A stretch of 60,661 nucleotides of DNA from a virus (IMGVR_UViG_3300021425_002553:1-60661); one strand, 5' to 3'; counted from the stretch's first letter, positions 27,671 to 37,541 are shown. The notes: a model not told the origin generated them from the sequence alone. Made by a program: numbers and translations.

Positions 27671-28494
27671 AACACTACCTATCAGTTGCATCAGTATTCA
27701 AAAATGAAAGTTGGAATCTTAAAGAGTGGATTCTACATTACAAACATCATGGTGTTGACCACATCTATCTGGTCAACGACTTCAGTGATGATGAGTACAT
27801 GCCTATTCTTGAACCTTTCATTCGTGAAGGTTTTGTTACTCTCTTTCAAAACGACATCACGGAGAGATACACTGGTAGGCAGACTGATGTAAACAATAGA
27901 TTCTTTCTACCTATCTGTAACGAAACTCAATGGATTGCTCAGATCGATCTAGATGAATTTCTATATAGTCCAATGACAGTAGATCTAAAGGAAATCTTAC
28001 GAAAGTACGAGGACTATGGAACCGTCGAAACCAACTGGGTATGGTTTAATAGTAACGACCATCTTTACCATCCTACTGGTGGTCTCGTTCAGAATTTTAC
28101 ATCTCGCGCTAAGTTCGGGGACAGGGTATGGATGACCCACCGATCGAGAAGTGCGTCCAGTGGTCAAGAAGAACCTGAGTGGTTCAACCTCTGGGCACCG
28201 AAACAGATTGCAAATACAAAGTTTGGTGTTACTAACTTCAATATTCATAAGATCTTTACGAGTGGTCCTACAATCAACCTCTCATTTGTAGGGAGACCAG
28301 ATGATCCTGAGATCCTAAACAACCACTACCAGATTCAATCTCGTGAGTTCTGGGAGAAGATTAAGATGACCAGAGGTGCTTTAAATAATTGGTACGCAGC
28401 CAATGCAAGAGGTTGGCACACCTTCTATTCACTTGACGTAGGTGATATAACTGACACAACACTCGCAGAACAAAACAAGGAGATTAGATTATGA
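27667..28494 (+). CDS. GT92/GT2-like glycosyltransferase
   Basis: FKNE..LKEWI..GVDHIYL; IDLDEFL. Confidence 0.82.
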   Translation: MKHYLSVASVFKNESWNLKEWILHYKHHGVDHIYLVNDFSDDEYMPILEPFIREGFVTLFQNDITERYTGRQTDVNNRFFLPICNETQWIAQIDLDEFLYSPMTVDLKEILRKYEDYGTVETNWVWFNSNDHLYHPTGGLVQNFTSRAKFGDRVWMTHRSRSASSGQEEPEWFNLWAPKQIANTKFGVTNFNIHKIFTSGPTINLSFVGRPDDPEILNNHYQIQSREFWEKIKMTRGALNNWYAANARGWHTFYSLDVGDITDTTLAEQNKEIRL

Positions 28495-29297
28495 CCATCG
28501 GTATGAACAACCTGGGACGGAATGGAAGGATTGGTAATCAGATGTTCCAGTATGCCGCGATGGTCGGTATTGCAAAGAACCGTGGATATGATTTCGTCAT
28601 CCCTGAGGACACAGAACTGAGTAACTGTTTTGAGATGTTACATTGTGGTGGTAGGTTCGGACTGATCGATGGTGATGAGGTAGAACTTCATGACTCTCAT
28701 GAGTTCTGTCAGGAACTATATGACCATTGTCCCAATCACGTACATCTCAATGGATACTTTCAGAGTGACAAGTATTTTAGAGATGCATGGAGACAATTGA
28801 AGTGGGACTTCCGATTCAAAGATCCTGTAATCAATGCAGTTGATTACAAGTGGGGTGATATCCTGAGTGAGGATCCTGTCTCTATTTGTGTGAGAGAATA
28901 CAATAATCACTTTGACTATCCTGGTGCATCAAACAATCACCGCAATCTTCCTTGGGAATACTGGGGGAAAGCAATTGAGATGATGGGTAAGGATAGACCC
29001 TATATCATTTGTTCTAACAATCTTGAGTTGTGTAAGGAACAGGATGTATTCAAGGGTGATAACTTCTACTTCAATGACATTACTGTCGATGTAGATAAGT
29101 CACACTTTGATATGTGTCTCTTGTCTAAGTGTTCTGACCATATCATTTCGAACTCCACGTTCTCATGGTGGGCTGCATATCTGTCACAGAATAAAGAAAA
29201 ACGTGTCATTGCTCCCGATCCATGGTATGGTAGTGGTCTACAACATATCAGTACACAGGACTTGATCCCTGAGTCATGGGAGGTAATAAAATCATGA
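28491..29297 (+). CDS. GT11-like glycosyltransferase
   Basis: GRIGNQMFQYA, GYFQS, NSTFSWWAA. Confidence 0.88.
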   Translation: MTIGMNNLGRNGRIGNQMFQYAAMVGIAKNRGYDFVIPEDTELSNCFEMLHCGGRFGLIDGDEVELHDSHEFCQELYDHCPNHVHLNGYFQSDKYFRDAWRQLKWDFRFKDPVINAVDYKWGDILSEDPVSICVREYNNHFDYPGASNNHRNLPWEYWGKAIEMMGKDRPYIICSNNLELCKEQDVFKGDNFYFNDITVDVDKSHFDMCLLSKCSDHIISNSTFSWWAAYLSQNKEKRVIAPDPWYGSGLQHISTQDLIPESWEVIKS

Positions 29298-30073
29298 TTG
29301 AAATTGCAGTGAACGTAGGATCACCTGGTCTTGCAAATAGAATTAAAACATATGTGTCGATTTTGACCACATACAAACAGGCTTTGACTGTTAAAGACGC
29401 AGACGCTTATATCTTCGACAGTATTGACCTGGCTACTGACGAACAAGTCAGAACATATCCTGGTTACGATCACTGGAGATTTGATTTCTCAGATTACGAG
29501 AGACAACATTGTGAGGAGTACAAATATATTGATCTTCTTTATGAGAAGACACCAGAGTATTTCATTAACAAATTTAAGAAAGCATTTTCCTATCTGAAGA
29601 TCAACCAAGACATCGTTGATTATGTTGATGACTTCACCAAAGACTGGGGTCCTACTATCGGACTACATATTAGGTCCTGGTATTGTGATCGACACCGTTG
29701 GCATGATAATCAATTGTTCATCGATGCAATTGATAGACTCGATGAAAGTCAGAAGATCTTCCTGTGTGGTGATAACAAAGATGTATTGAAACAGATTGAA
29801 GATGAGTTTGGTGATCGTATCATCACTCACACTCAAGACAGGTTTAATCATCCACACCTTGCAGAGTCTGGTCACAATCATTCAACACAAGCCAACGTCG
29901 ATGCGATGATTGACTTGATGTTGTTGTCACGTTGTGATACTATTGTAGGGACGTATGCATCAACTTTTGCTGAAGTTGCATGGTGGTTGGGTGACTGTAA
30001 ATCGAGAGTCATTATTCCTGAACCACCGAACGTAGAGGAATCTTTTAAGAATAGGATTTTTGAAAAACTATGA
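29294..30073 (+). CDS. O-fucosyltransferase (GT23/NodZ-like) family protein
   Basis: GLANR, IGLHIR, DLMLLS, STFAEVA. Confidence 0.72.
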   Translation: MIEIAVNVGSPGLANRIKTYVSILTTYKQALTVKDADAYIFDSIDLATDEQVRTYPGYDHWRFDFSDYERQHCEEYKYIDLLYEKTPEYFINKFKKAFSYLKINQDIVDYVDDFTKDWGPTIGLHIRSWYCDRHRWHDNQLFIDAIDRLDESQKIFLCGDNKDVLKQIEDEFGDRIITHTQDRFNHPHLAESGHNHSTQANVDAMIDLMLLSRCDTIVGTYASTFAEVAWWLGDCKSRVIIPEPPNVEESFKNRIFEKL

Positions 30074-30966
30074 GAACATCACTTGTAACAGGTGGAGCTG
30101 GATTTATTGGAAGTCACCTGGTTGATAAACTCCTTGACATTGGTCATAGAGTTATTGTACTTGACAATGAATCTTCTGATGGTCATGATGATTATCACTG
30201 GAACAAACATGCTGAGAACTATCCTGTAGACATCAGGAACTTTCATCAGATCGTTGATAAATTCAAGGGTGTTGACTATGTGTACCACCTTGCTGCAAAG
30301 GCAAGTGTTCAAGCATCAGTAGACAATCCTATTCCCACCATGGAAACTCAGGTGATGGGAACTGTGAATGTTCTTGAAGCCGCAAGAGCGAATGGTGTAG
30401 AGAAGTTTGTGTACTCTTCTACGTCTGCAGCATATGGTAATAAGAATCCGATTCCTAACAAGGAAGTGATGAGAGAAGATCCTCTCAATGCATATGCAAT
30501 TGGTAAGTTGTGTGGTGAACAGATGGTCAAGGCATACCATGGTCTCTATGGTATGAAGACTGTTGCATTCCGATACACCAATGTCTATGGTGAGAGAGCA
30601 CGTCACGTAGGACACTATGCTCCTGCCGTGAGTAAGTTCTTGAAGATGAGGAGAGAGGGTCAACCTCTGACAATCTATGGTGATGGTGAACAACGTCGTG
30701 ACTTTATTCACGTATCAGATGTTGTCGATGTCAATGCACTGATTAGTTTTCAAGAACTTGATAACTGGGGTGAGGTATATAATATCGGGTTCGGAGAGAA
30801 CTGGAGTATTAAAGAGATTGCCAATGCGATTGATGACAATCAAGTCTTCCTATCTGGTAGACCTGGTGAGATGAGAGAGACTCTTGCTGACATCCGTAAG
30901 GCAAAGACTGAATTGACTTGGAAACCAAAAGTAAATATCCTGGATTGGATTAGAACTCAACTATGA
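30070..30966 (+). CDS. UDP-glucose 4-epimerase-like NAD-dependent epimerase
   Basis: TGGAGFIG, YAIGK, GDGEQRRDF. Confidence 0.9.
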   Translation: MRTSLVTGGAGFIGSHLVDKLLDIGHRVIVLDNESSDGHDDYHWNKHAENYPVDIRNFHQIVDKFKGVDYVYHLAAKASVQASVDNPIPTMETQVMGTVNVLEAARANGVEKFVYSSTSAAYGNKNPIPNKEVMREDPLNAYAIGKLCGEQMVKAYHGLYGMKTVAFRYTNVYGERARHVGHYAPAVSKFLKMRREGQPLTIYGDGEQRRDFIHVSDVVDVNALISFQELDNWGEVYNIGFGENWSIKEIANAIDDNQVFLSGRPGEMRETLADIRKAKTELTWKPKVNILDWIRTQL

Positions 30967-31778
30967 TCGATCTCAAAGAAGCAACATTCATTATCCCCAT
31001 CAGAATTGAATCGTCTGATAGGTTACGGAATGTGGTGACGACTGTCGCATTCCTTCTCGAAAATTTTGATACCAATATCATCATCAAGGAAGTTGATTCT
31101 GAGTCTGTCTTCCAGAAGGAAGCCGTTCCTATCTTGAAAGAGATACTTGACGTTCCTATTGACATTAAAGGTATCTTTGTTCAAAGTCACGAACCACTGT
31201 TTCATAGACAAAAAGTTCTGAACGAGATGATCATGGAAACAACCACCAAGATCGTAGTCAACTATGACTGTGATGTAATCCTTCCAGTTCAATCATATGT
31301 CAGAGCCTATGAAGGTATCATGAATGGTACTTTTGATGTGGTCTATCCATATGGTCAGGGCAGGTATCAATATCAGGTTAAACCATCTGATGATGTTGTG
31401 TCTGACTTTCTTGAATCAAATGACTATGCAATCCTCAAGTCTAATGCAAGAGTCCATGACTCTGACTTTGGGTGGGTTCAGTTCTTCGATAGAGATACCT
31501 ATATCAAAGGTGGTATGGAAAATGAGAACTTCAAAGCATATGCTCCAGAGGACAAAGAAAGGTATTATAGATATACTACACTTGGTTATAAAGTAGGAAG
31601 GATAACTGATTACATTTATCACCTTGAACATTCTCGTGGAGAGAACTCCTGGTTCACCAATCCCCACATGACATCTAATAATAATGAGTGGGAGAAAATT
31701 CAGAGAATGAATAAAGAACAACTTATCGAATATTATTCGGGACAAAGCTATTTGAGGAAATACAATGAGGGTTCTTAA
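30963..31778 (+). CDS. GT7/GT2-like galactosyltransferase
   Basis: NYDCD, GGMENENFKAYAPED, YHLEH. Confidence 0.8.
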   Translation: MIDLKEATFIIPIRIESSDRLRNVVTTVAFLLENFDTNIIIKEVDSESVFQKEAVPILKEILDVPIDIKGIFVQSHEPLFHRQKVLNEMIMETTTKIVVNYDCDVILPVQSYVRAYEGIMNGTFDVVYPYGQGRYQYQVKPSDDVVSDFLESNDYAILKSNARVHDSDFGWVQFFDRDTYIKGGMENENFKAYAPEDKERYYRYTTLGYKVGRITDYIYHLEHSRGENSWFTNPHMTSNNNEWEKIQRMNKEQLIEYYSGQSYLRKYNEGS

Positions 31779-32616
31779 CCTTGGTTCGAGTGGACAGATC
31801 GGTGCATATCTGACTGAGTATCTGACACGTAAAGGACACGAAGTCGTTGAATTTGATATTGCCAAACATCATGGTCATGACTTGACAAAAATTCCCAACC
31901 ATAATCTTGAACGTGAGGTAAAGAGAGCAGACTTTGTTTTCTTCCTCGCGTTTGATGTTGGTGGATCACGTTACCTGAAGAAGTATCAGCACACATTCAA
32001 GTTCCTTGATAACAATGCAAGGATGATGGTGAATGTCTTTGGTCTCCTGGAGAGATACAATAAGAGATTTGTGTTTGCTTCGTCACAGATGAGTAACATG
32101 TCTCACTCACCTTATGGTGCTGCAAAGAAGATGGGTGAACTTTACACCAAGTCTCTGAAAGGTTTGACTGTCAAGTTCTGGAATGTCTATGGTATCGAGA
32201 AAGACCATGACAAGTCACATGTGATTACGGATTTCATCCGTAAAGGATTTGAAGAAACTGAATTTGATATGATGACTGACGGTACAGAAGAACGTCAGTT
32301 CTTGTATGCTGAGGACTGTTGTGAAGCCCTTGAGACAATCATGGAGAACTACACAGACTTCAAACCTGAAGACCCACTTCACATCACATCATTCCACTCT
32401 AATACTATTAGAGAGATTGCCAATATCGTTCAGGGTTGTTTTGGATTGATTGGTAGACACGATGTAAAGATCAACTCTGGACTTGCTAAAGATAGTGTTC
32501 AGATGGATAAACGGAATACTGCAGACACTTACATTCTTGACTGGTGGGTTCCTAAGACTACAATTGATGTAGGCATCAGAAAAATATTTGATGAAATGAA
32601 AAATGATTGGATTTGA
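31765..32616 (+). CDS. NAD-dependent epimerase/dehydratase
   Basis: GSSGQIG; YGAAK. Confidence 0.85.
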   Translation: MRVLNLGSSGQIGAYLTEYLTRKGHEVVEFDIAKHHGHDLTKIPNHNLEREVKRADFVFFLAFDVGGSRYLKKYQHTFKFLDNNARMMVNVFGLLERYNKRFVFASSQMSNMSHSPYGAAKKMGELYTKSLKGLTVKFWNVYGIEKDHDKSHVITDFIRKGFEETEFDMMTDGTEERQFLYAEDCCEALETIMENYTDFKPEDPLHITSFHSNTIREIANIVQGCFGLIGRHDVKINSGLAKDSVQMDKRNTADTYILDWWVPKTTIDVGIRKIFDEMKNDWI

Positions 32617-33397
32617 TTATCTTGGTAAGGCTGGACAATTAGGAAATCAAATGTTCCAGTATGCTGCGACCAAAGGTATCGCAGCACATCATGGATACGA
32701 GATGTGTATTCCTGACCACGATGAAGTATTTCATGATGGAATCGGTAACTTCCTCAGGATTGAACTGGATAAACCCTTTACAATCCCCTCAAGACGAGGT
32801 ATAGTAGGTAGGTCGGTCGTTCAGGAACAAGGGTTCCACTTCAACGAAGACCTGTTTGAAAACTGTCCAGACAATGTAAGTCTGTATGGTTTCTTTCAGA
32901 CGGAGAAATACTTCAAACACATTGAAGATGAAATCCGTCAGGACTTCAAGTTCAACTCTAAAATTCAAGGAGAGTGTGAACCTATCGTTGAAGAGGTGTT
33001 CGATCAAAGTCCCATTGCTTTACACATTCGTAGGGGAGACTTTTTGATCAACAGTGGTAATCACCACAACCTTTCTCTTGAATGGTACGAGAAAGCCTTG
33101 AGTAAGTTTGACCCAGACAGGGAAGTAATTTTATTCACTGATGACCCATTCTGGGCTTCTGCTCAAGAACTATTCAAACCAGATAGATTCCTTCTGTCTG
33201 ATGGTAACAGTTCCTATCATGATCTGTACCTCATGACACAGTGTAGTGATTTTATCATTGCCAACTCTACATTCTCATGGTGGGGTGCATGGTTGGCAAA
33301 CTATGGTAGAGTCATTGCTCCTTCCAAATGGTTTGGACCAAACAATGCTCACTTAGACACGAAAGATTTGTACCCTGACCATTGGGAAATACTGTAA
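32603..33397 (+). CDS. GT11 alpha-1,2-fucosyltransferase-like
   Basis: GQLGNQMFQYA, LHIRRGDF, NSTFSWWGA. Confidence 0.9.
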   Translation: MIGFDYLGKAGQLGNQMFQYAATKGIAAHHGYEMCIPDHDEVFHDGIGNFLRIELDKPFTIPSRRGIVGRSVVQEQGFHFNEDLFENCPDNVSLYGFFQTEKYFKHIEDEIRQDFKFNSKIQGECEPIVEEVFDQSPIALHIRRGDFLINSGNHHNLSLEWYEKALSKFDPDREVILFTDDPFWASAQELFKPDRFLLSDGNSSYHDLYLMTQCSDFIIANSTFSWWGAWLANYGRVIAPSKWFGPNNAHLDTKDLYPDHWEIL

Positions 33398-34197
33398 TGG
33401 ATAAAAACAAAGCCGTATATAAACTTCAAGGTCTTCCAAAGATCTATTGTATCAATCTCGATGGACAACCAGAGAGATGGGAGTACATGGAGAACCAGTT
33501 CAAGTATTGGGAGATCACAAACTATACCCGTGTGTCCGCTTACGATGGTCGAGACGACGATCTGGGACACATTCTGAAGGGTAGGTACCCTGACATGTGT
33601 TCACCTGGTGAGATCGGTTGTGTGACCTCTCACCTTAAGGCTATCAAAGAGTTCTATGATAGTGGTGAACCATACGCAATCATGATGGAAGATGATTGTG
33701 AACTTGATCTGGTCAGGTTTTGGAACTTTACATGGAAGGATTTCTTTGGTAGAATTCCATATGATTGGGACGTAACTCAGATCTCAATCATCTGTACTGG
33801 TGATATCAACATCAAGATTCATAAACGTTTCGTGAATGAATTCTCTACTGCATGTTATATTATTACCCGTCATCACGCAGAGAAACTTATCCGTCTTCAC
33901 TGTCGTGGTGATCTGTATAAACTTGATAATGACGTGAGACCAAGACCTGTTGCAGATGATCTTATCTACAACTCTGGTAATACTTACGCCATTCCCCTTT
34001 TGTTATACAAGACCGATCTAGGCTCCAGTATTCATCAAGACCATGTGGAGGTATTCCACAAGAGCAACTATCAGGCTCAGTTTAACTTCTGGTCACAGGC
34101 TGGAGCTCAGATGGATATCACTGAGTTAATGGACTTTAATCCATACCTGGGACGGGTATCCGATCCATCCCAGGGACAACCCGAACAAGAGGGTTGA
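33397..34197 (+). CDS. GT25 glycosyltransferase
   Basis: YCINL...ER, GEIGC..SH, MEDD. Confidence 0.88.
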   Translation: MDKNKAVYKLQGLPKIYCINLDGQPERWEYMENQFKYWEITNYTRVSAYDGRDDDLGHILKGRYPDMCSPGEIGCVTSHLKAIKEFYDSGEPYAIMMEDDCELDLVRFWNFTWKDFFGRIPYDWDVTQISIICTGDINIKIHKRFVNEFSTACYIITRHHAEKLIRLHCRGDLYKLDNDVRPRPVADDLIYNSGNTYAIPLLLYKTDLGSSIHQDHVEVFHKSNYQAQFNFWSQAGAQMDITELMDFNPYLGRVSDPSQGQPEQEG

Positions 34198-34227
34198 CAA
34201 AGTTCATAGGTATTATTACTATAAATA
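34194..34227 (+). promoter_or_regulatory. overlapping sigma70 and T4 late promoters
   Basis: TTGACA-N17-TACTAT overlapping TATAAATA. Confidence 0.7.
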
Positions 34228-34343
34228 CTTCACCTTTTGTCTTTCAGTAATTAAAGTAACACTTGGTAACACAAAACAGGGAATTGTCGATTCCCTTTAC
34301 ATCCGTGGGTCAAACTCCACGAGAAAAAACGAGGTAAAAACTA

Positions 34344-34715
34344 ATGTTCAAATCTGTATTCGCAGCAACTGCTGCTCTGTCCATGTCCGCAGGAGCTGCT
34401 ATTGCAGGGCCTTACGTTAATGTCGAGACCAACGCTGGTTGGACTGGCACTGACTACAATGGTGCAACCACCGACTTCCACGCAGGCTGGGAAGGTCCTA
34501 TCGGTGAGTCCGCTTCCTACTACATCCAGGGTGGTGCTTCCTATATCGCTCCTGACAGTGGTGACAGCGATGTTGTTCCTTCAGGTAAGGCTGGTATCGG
34601 TCTGGCTGTGACCGAAGACCTGGGTGTCTACGGCGAGGTCTCCTTCATCGGCTCTGGCGATGACGATCTGGATCGTGGCTACGGTGCTAAGGTTGGCGTC
34701 AAGTACAGCTTCTGA
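34344..34715 (+). CDS. small outer-membrane beta-barrel-like protein
   Basis: Signal peptide, amphipathic beta strands, terminal VKYSF (BamA-type signal); GAGG RBS. Confidence 0.7.
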   Translation: MFKSVFAATAALSMSAGAAIAGPYVNVETNAGWTGTDYNGATTDFHAGWEGPIGESASYYIQGGASYIAPDSGDSDVVPSGKAGIGLAVTEDLGVYGEVSFIGSGDDDLDRGYGAKVGVKYSF

Positions 34716-34755
34716 GCTGTAGGTCGTAAAAGTAAATATTAAACATCACGATGTT

Positions 34756-34783
34756 GGGTCCCTGACGAGGGACCCCTTTTTTT
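34756..34783 (+). terminator. rho-independent terminator
   Basis: GGGTCCCT-GACG-AGGGACCC plus T-run. Confidence 0.85.
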
Positions 34784-34981
34784 ATGAAAGAATATTTTAA
34801 AACAATCTTACTGAGTCCTGTGACTCACTTCAATGTGATGATCTTAGGATTCTTCCTCTTGGTGGGGTTACTCCATAATCATGCTCATCATTCCTTAGAG
34901 GTTGACCCCGATGGGTTCGTAAGAAGATGGTGCAAGGAGAACCCAGAGTTGTGTGTCAGTTATGGATCCGACACTTACTAG
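34784..34981 (+). CDS. small membrane protein
   Basis: 65 aa with one TM helix. Confidence 0.6.
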   Translation: MKEYFKTILLSPVTHFNVMILGFFLLVGLLHNHAHHSLEVDPDGFVRRWCKENPELCVSYGSDTY

Positions 34982-35038
34982 TTGACAAATGTGAAGAAAA
35001 CATATATAATGTAACAATACTTCACACAGGAGAGATCC

Positions 35039-35257
35039 GTGACTGTTACTACAAATGAGTATGGCCAGCAAAATATGTTTGCTAAAGAGCCACAAATGTA
35101 TGTTGACAAAACCGAAGCAGAACGTTATGGTTACGAGACCTACGCAGAACGTGCCGAAAAAATGAACGGTCGTTTTGCAATGATGGGTTTCGTTGCAGCA
35201 GTTGTATCCTATGCAGCTTCTGGTAGTGTGTTCTTCTTCGGAGCCTTTGGATTCTGA
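35039..35257 (+). CDS. hli: high-light inducible protein
   Basis: AEKMNGRFAMMGF chlorophyll-binding motif; TTGACA-N17-TATAAT upstream (34982-35010). Confidence 0.93.
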   Translation: MTVTTNEYGQQNMFAKEPQMYVDKTEAERYGYETYAERAEKMNGRFAMMGFVAAVVSYAASGSVFFFGAFGF

Positions 35258-35466
35258 TGGCTGAACTTATTACTTATTATGTGATTTCAGGTGCTCTTAT
35301 CATTGGAGCTCCTGCAATTTTCTTTCTCATCGCCTTTATGCCTGCACTGCAGAACACTAAAGGTCGTATGGTAGGATACAAAGACCACAAAACCTATGGT
35401 GACTCATCCATCTACGAGAATACTCCAGGTGATGAAACCAAGTTTTATCTCACACTAAACAGTTGA
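35257..35466 (+). CDS. small membrane protein
   Basis: TGATG overlap; N-terminal TM. Confidence 0.65.
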   Translation: MAELITYYVISGALIIGAPAIFFLIAFMPALQNTKGRMVGYKDHKTYGDSSIYENTPGDETKFYLTLNS

Positions 35467-35558
35467 CAATGACCGCATCTATCTTTACAATATCGAGTAT
35501 CGCCTTCTTTGTTTTGTTGGCGTACTCTGTAGAACAATTATCCGAAACTTATTAATCA

Positions 35559-35849
35559 ATGGACTATAATATCACAATCCAAACTCCTGATGGTACAGAG
35601 ACCACCTTCGAGTGTGCTGATGACCAGTACATCCTTGAGGCGGCTGAGGAGGCAGGTGTAGACCTTCCTTACTCCTGTAAGGCTGGTGCATGTTCTGCAT
35701 GTGCTGGTAAGATCGTCAGTGGAACTGTGGACAATGAGGAACAATCCTTCCTGGATGATGATCAACTTGAAGAGGGATACATTCTGACCTGTGTTGCATA
35801 TCCAACCAGTGATTGTGTGATTCTTTCCGAACAGGAAGAAAACCTTTGA
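35559..35849 (+). CDS. petF: plant-type [2Fe-2S] ferredoxin
   Basis: [13 protein letters not shown]...ILTCVAYP. Confidence 0.97.
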   Translation: MDYNITIQTPDGTETTFECADDQYILEAAEEAGVDLPYSCKAGACSACAGKIVSGTVDNEEQSFLDDDQLEEGYILTCVAYPTSDCVILSEQEENL

Positions 35850-35866
35850 AGTAAGTAAAGATTATT

Positions 35867-36016
35867 ATGCCAGATCCAGATGCATTGTGGAAGGATATCC
35901 AGAGACTCGATGATTTATATGAAGAGTTACTCTGGGATCCTGACGATGAGTTACAATTCACCCATGATGGTGAAAAAATTATCATTACAAACAAAACACA
36001 AGAGGAAAAACAATGA
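35867..36016 (+). CDS. hypothetical protein (49 aa)
   Basis: MPDPDALWKDIQRLDDLYEELLW...; not in ORF track. Confidence 0.6.
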   Translation: MPDPDALWKDIQRLDDLYEELLWDPDDELQFTHDGEKIIITNKTQEEKQ

Positions 36017-36120
36017 ACGAAAAAGCAGAAAGAATTAATGGTTGGGCAGCAATGATCGGAGTGATCGCTGCAATGGGTAGTTACGCAACTACAGGTCAAA
36101 TCATCCCAGGCATCTGGTGA
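36013..36120 (+). CDS. hli: high-light inducible protein (35 aa)
   Basis: MNEKAERINGWAAMIGVIAAMGSYATTGQIIPGIW; AExxNG and TGQIIPG motifs; not in ORF track. Confidence 0.93.
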   Translation: MNEKAERINGWAAMIGVIAAMGSYATTGQIIPGIW

Positions 36121-36125
36121 ACGAT

Positions 36126-36257
36126 ATGTTACTCATAGCAACATCTCTCATAGGAGGGTTTATCTTTGCAGCCCTATTGAGTGAGGATGTTTCTGATGAT
36201 GATGACAACGGACCAGACTCAGGTTTAATGCAACCAGTTTATCAAGGGGTCCAATAG
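36126..36257 (+). CDS. small membrane protein (43 aa)
   Basis: TM helix plus DDDDNGPDSGLMQPV; followed by terminator GGGGTCC-AATA-GGACCCT plus T-run. Confidence 0.55.
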   Translation: MLLIATSLIGGFIFAALLSEDVSDDDDNGPDSGLMQPVYQGVQ

Positions 36258-36297
36258 GACCCTTTTTTTTCTAAATAAATTTACTTGCTTGTGACCA

Positions 36298-36747
36298 ATG
36301 CCCGAAGAAGTAAAGACCGAAGTTAAAAAGGAGGAAACAAAGAAGAAAGGTCCTCTTGAAAAACTGAAGGAAAAGGCAGAAGACTCTGAAGAACAACTTG
36401 CTATTGTTTCTACCTTCGTAAGACTTGGTATCCTTATCTGGTCTGGTGGTATTTTGACTTTGAACTATGTGACGATTCCTGGTTTCCCACAAGGTAAGAT
36501 CGATCCAACTTTTATCGCATCTGTCTTTACAGGCGTTTTGGCAACCTTCGGCGTTCAGACTGCTAAGAATAAGAACGGTGGTACTAACGGTAATGGTGCA
36601 TCGGGTGGTATCAGTAAATCCGACTTGGAGAAACTGATCGAAAAAGCAAGTCAAACTGCTCCTGCTCAAACGATTAGGATTGAACAAGCACCACTCCAAA
36701 TCGGAAACCAAGGACCTGCCAAGTCTGATGATTCTTACAAGATGTGA
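36298..36747 (+). CDS. hypothetical membrane protein
   Basis: Two TM segments; late promoter core upstream. Confidence 0.75.
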   Translation: MPEEVKTEVKKEETKKKGPLEKLKEKAEDSEEQLAIVSTFVRLGILIWSGGILTLNYVTIPGFPQGKIDPTFIASVFTGVLATFGVQTAKNKNGGTNGNGASGGISKSDLEKLIEKASQTAPAQTIRIEQAPLQIGNQGPAKSDDSYKM

Positions 36748-36751
36748 TGTC

Positions 36752-37309
36752 ATGAATATTAAGTGGGCGACATTGACTGTAGGAGCAATATTTGGATTTG
36801 CTCATATTGGTATTCTTGGGCATCTTCTTAATAGACCTCAATATCCTATTGTCAATTTTCCAGATGGTGATTACTCTTCGTTTAATATAAAATCTGGTAG
36901 AAATGGTTACAGTTTTGAATATAAAGCAAACGATCCTAAAGTATTGGAGTCTAATAGATCTTTAGATCTTGATAAGACAAAGAAGGGATTGTTTGGTGGT
37001 ACAGATGAAAGGAGAGTTGAGTATCGTTCTGACCAATATACCATGGACGGAACTCGTAATATAGGAGGTAGTGTCTCAGACACCGAGGGAAAGTCCTTTG
37101 TACAAAGCGCAGAGTGTATCGCGGCGGACGCTGGAGCACGAAGTCAAGGTGCAATGGCAGGTAGTGCTATAGCTGCTGGTGTTGGTGTTCCTGCAGCAAT
37201 GAGTATCCCTTATATTGGATGGTTAGCAAGTGGTTGGGTACTTCTCCTTGGTCAGAATATTGGATCGGAAATGGGTTCTCAAGTTGGATCAGTATTTAAT
37301 GACTGTTAA
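36752..37309 (+). CDS. hypothetical protein with glycine-zipper-like C-terminus
   Basis: GAMAGSAIAAG...GQNIGSEMGSQVG. Confidence 0.75.
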   Translation: MNIKWATLTVGAIFGFAHIGILGHLLNRPQYPIVNFPDGDYSSFNIKSGRNGYSFEYKANDPKVLESNRSLDLDKTKKGLFGGTDERRVEYRSDQYTMDGTRNIGGSVSDTEGKSFVQSAECIAADAGARSQGAMAGSAIAAGVGVPAAMSIPYIGWLASGWVLLLGQNIGSEMGSQVGSVFNDC

Positions 37310-37341
37310 TAAATAGTAACGTAGTAGAGATATAGTTTCCG

Positions 37342-37541
37342 ATGTATCGGGAACCACATTTACAAAAGAAGTCAGATGAGTGTGCTGTTCTGTGGAGGGA
37401 GTGGCACACTTTGTGGCGAAAAAAGCAATAAATGCCCCAGATGCAAGAGCGGAATGGGGTCAATGTGTGACGGAATTTGGTGAAATGGTAAGTCAGGAAG
37501 TCAAAACAAATCCTCGTTACACTTCAATCAGGAAGGTATAG
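37342..37541 (+). CDS. small gene with candidate -1 programmed frameshift (29 aa / 66 aa products)
   Basis: In-frame A_AAA_AAG at 37419-37425, stop at 37431, downstream hairpin, -1 frame open to 37541. Confidence 0.6.

Noticed and set aside
10129-33570. Many 60-220 aa antisense or alternate-frame ORFs within nrdAB and the glycan island
   Set aside because: They are fully nested in well-supported genes, have no motifs, and are expected from codon bias
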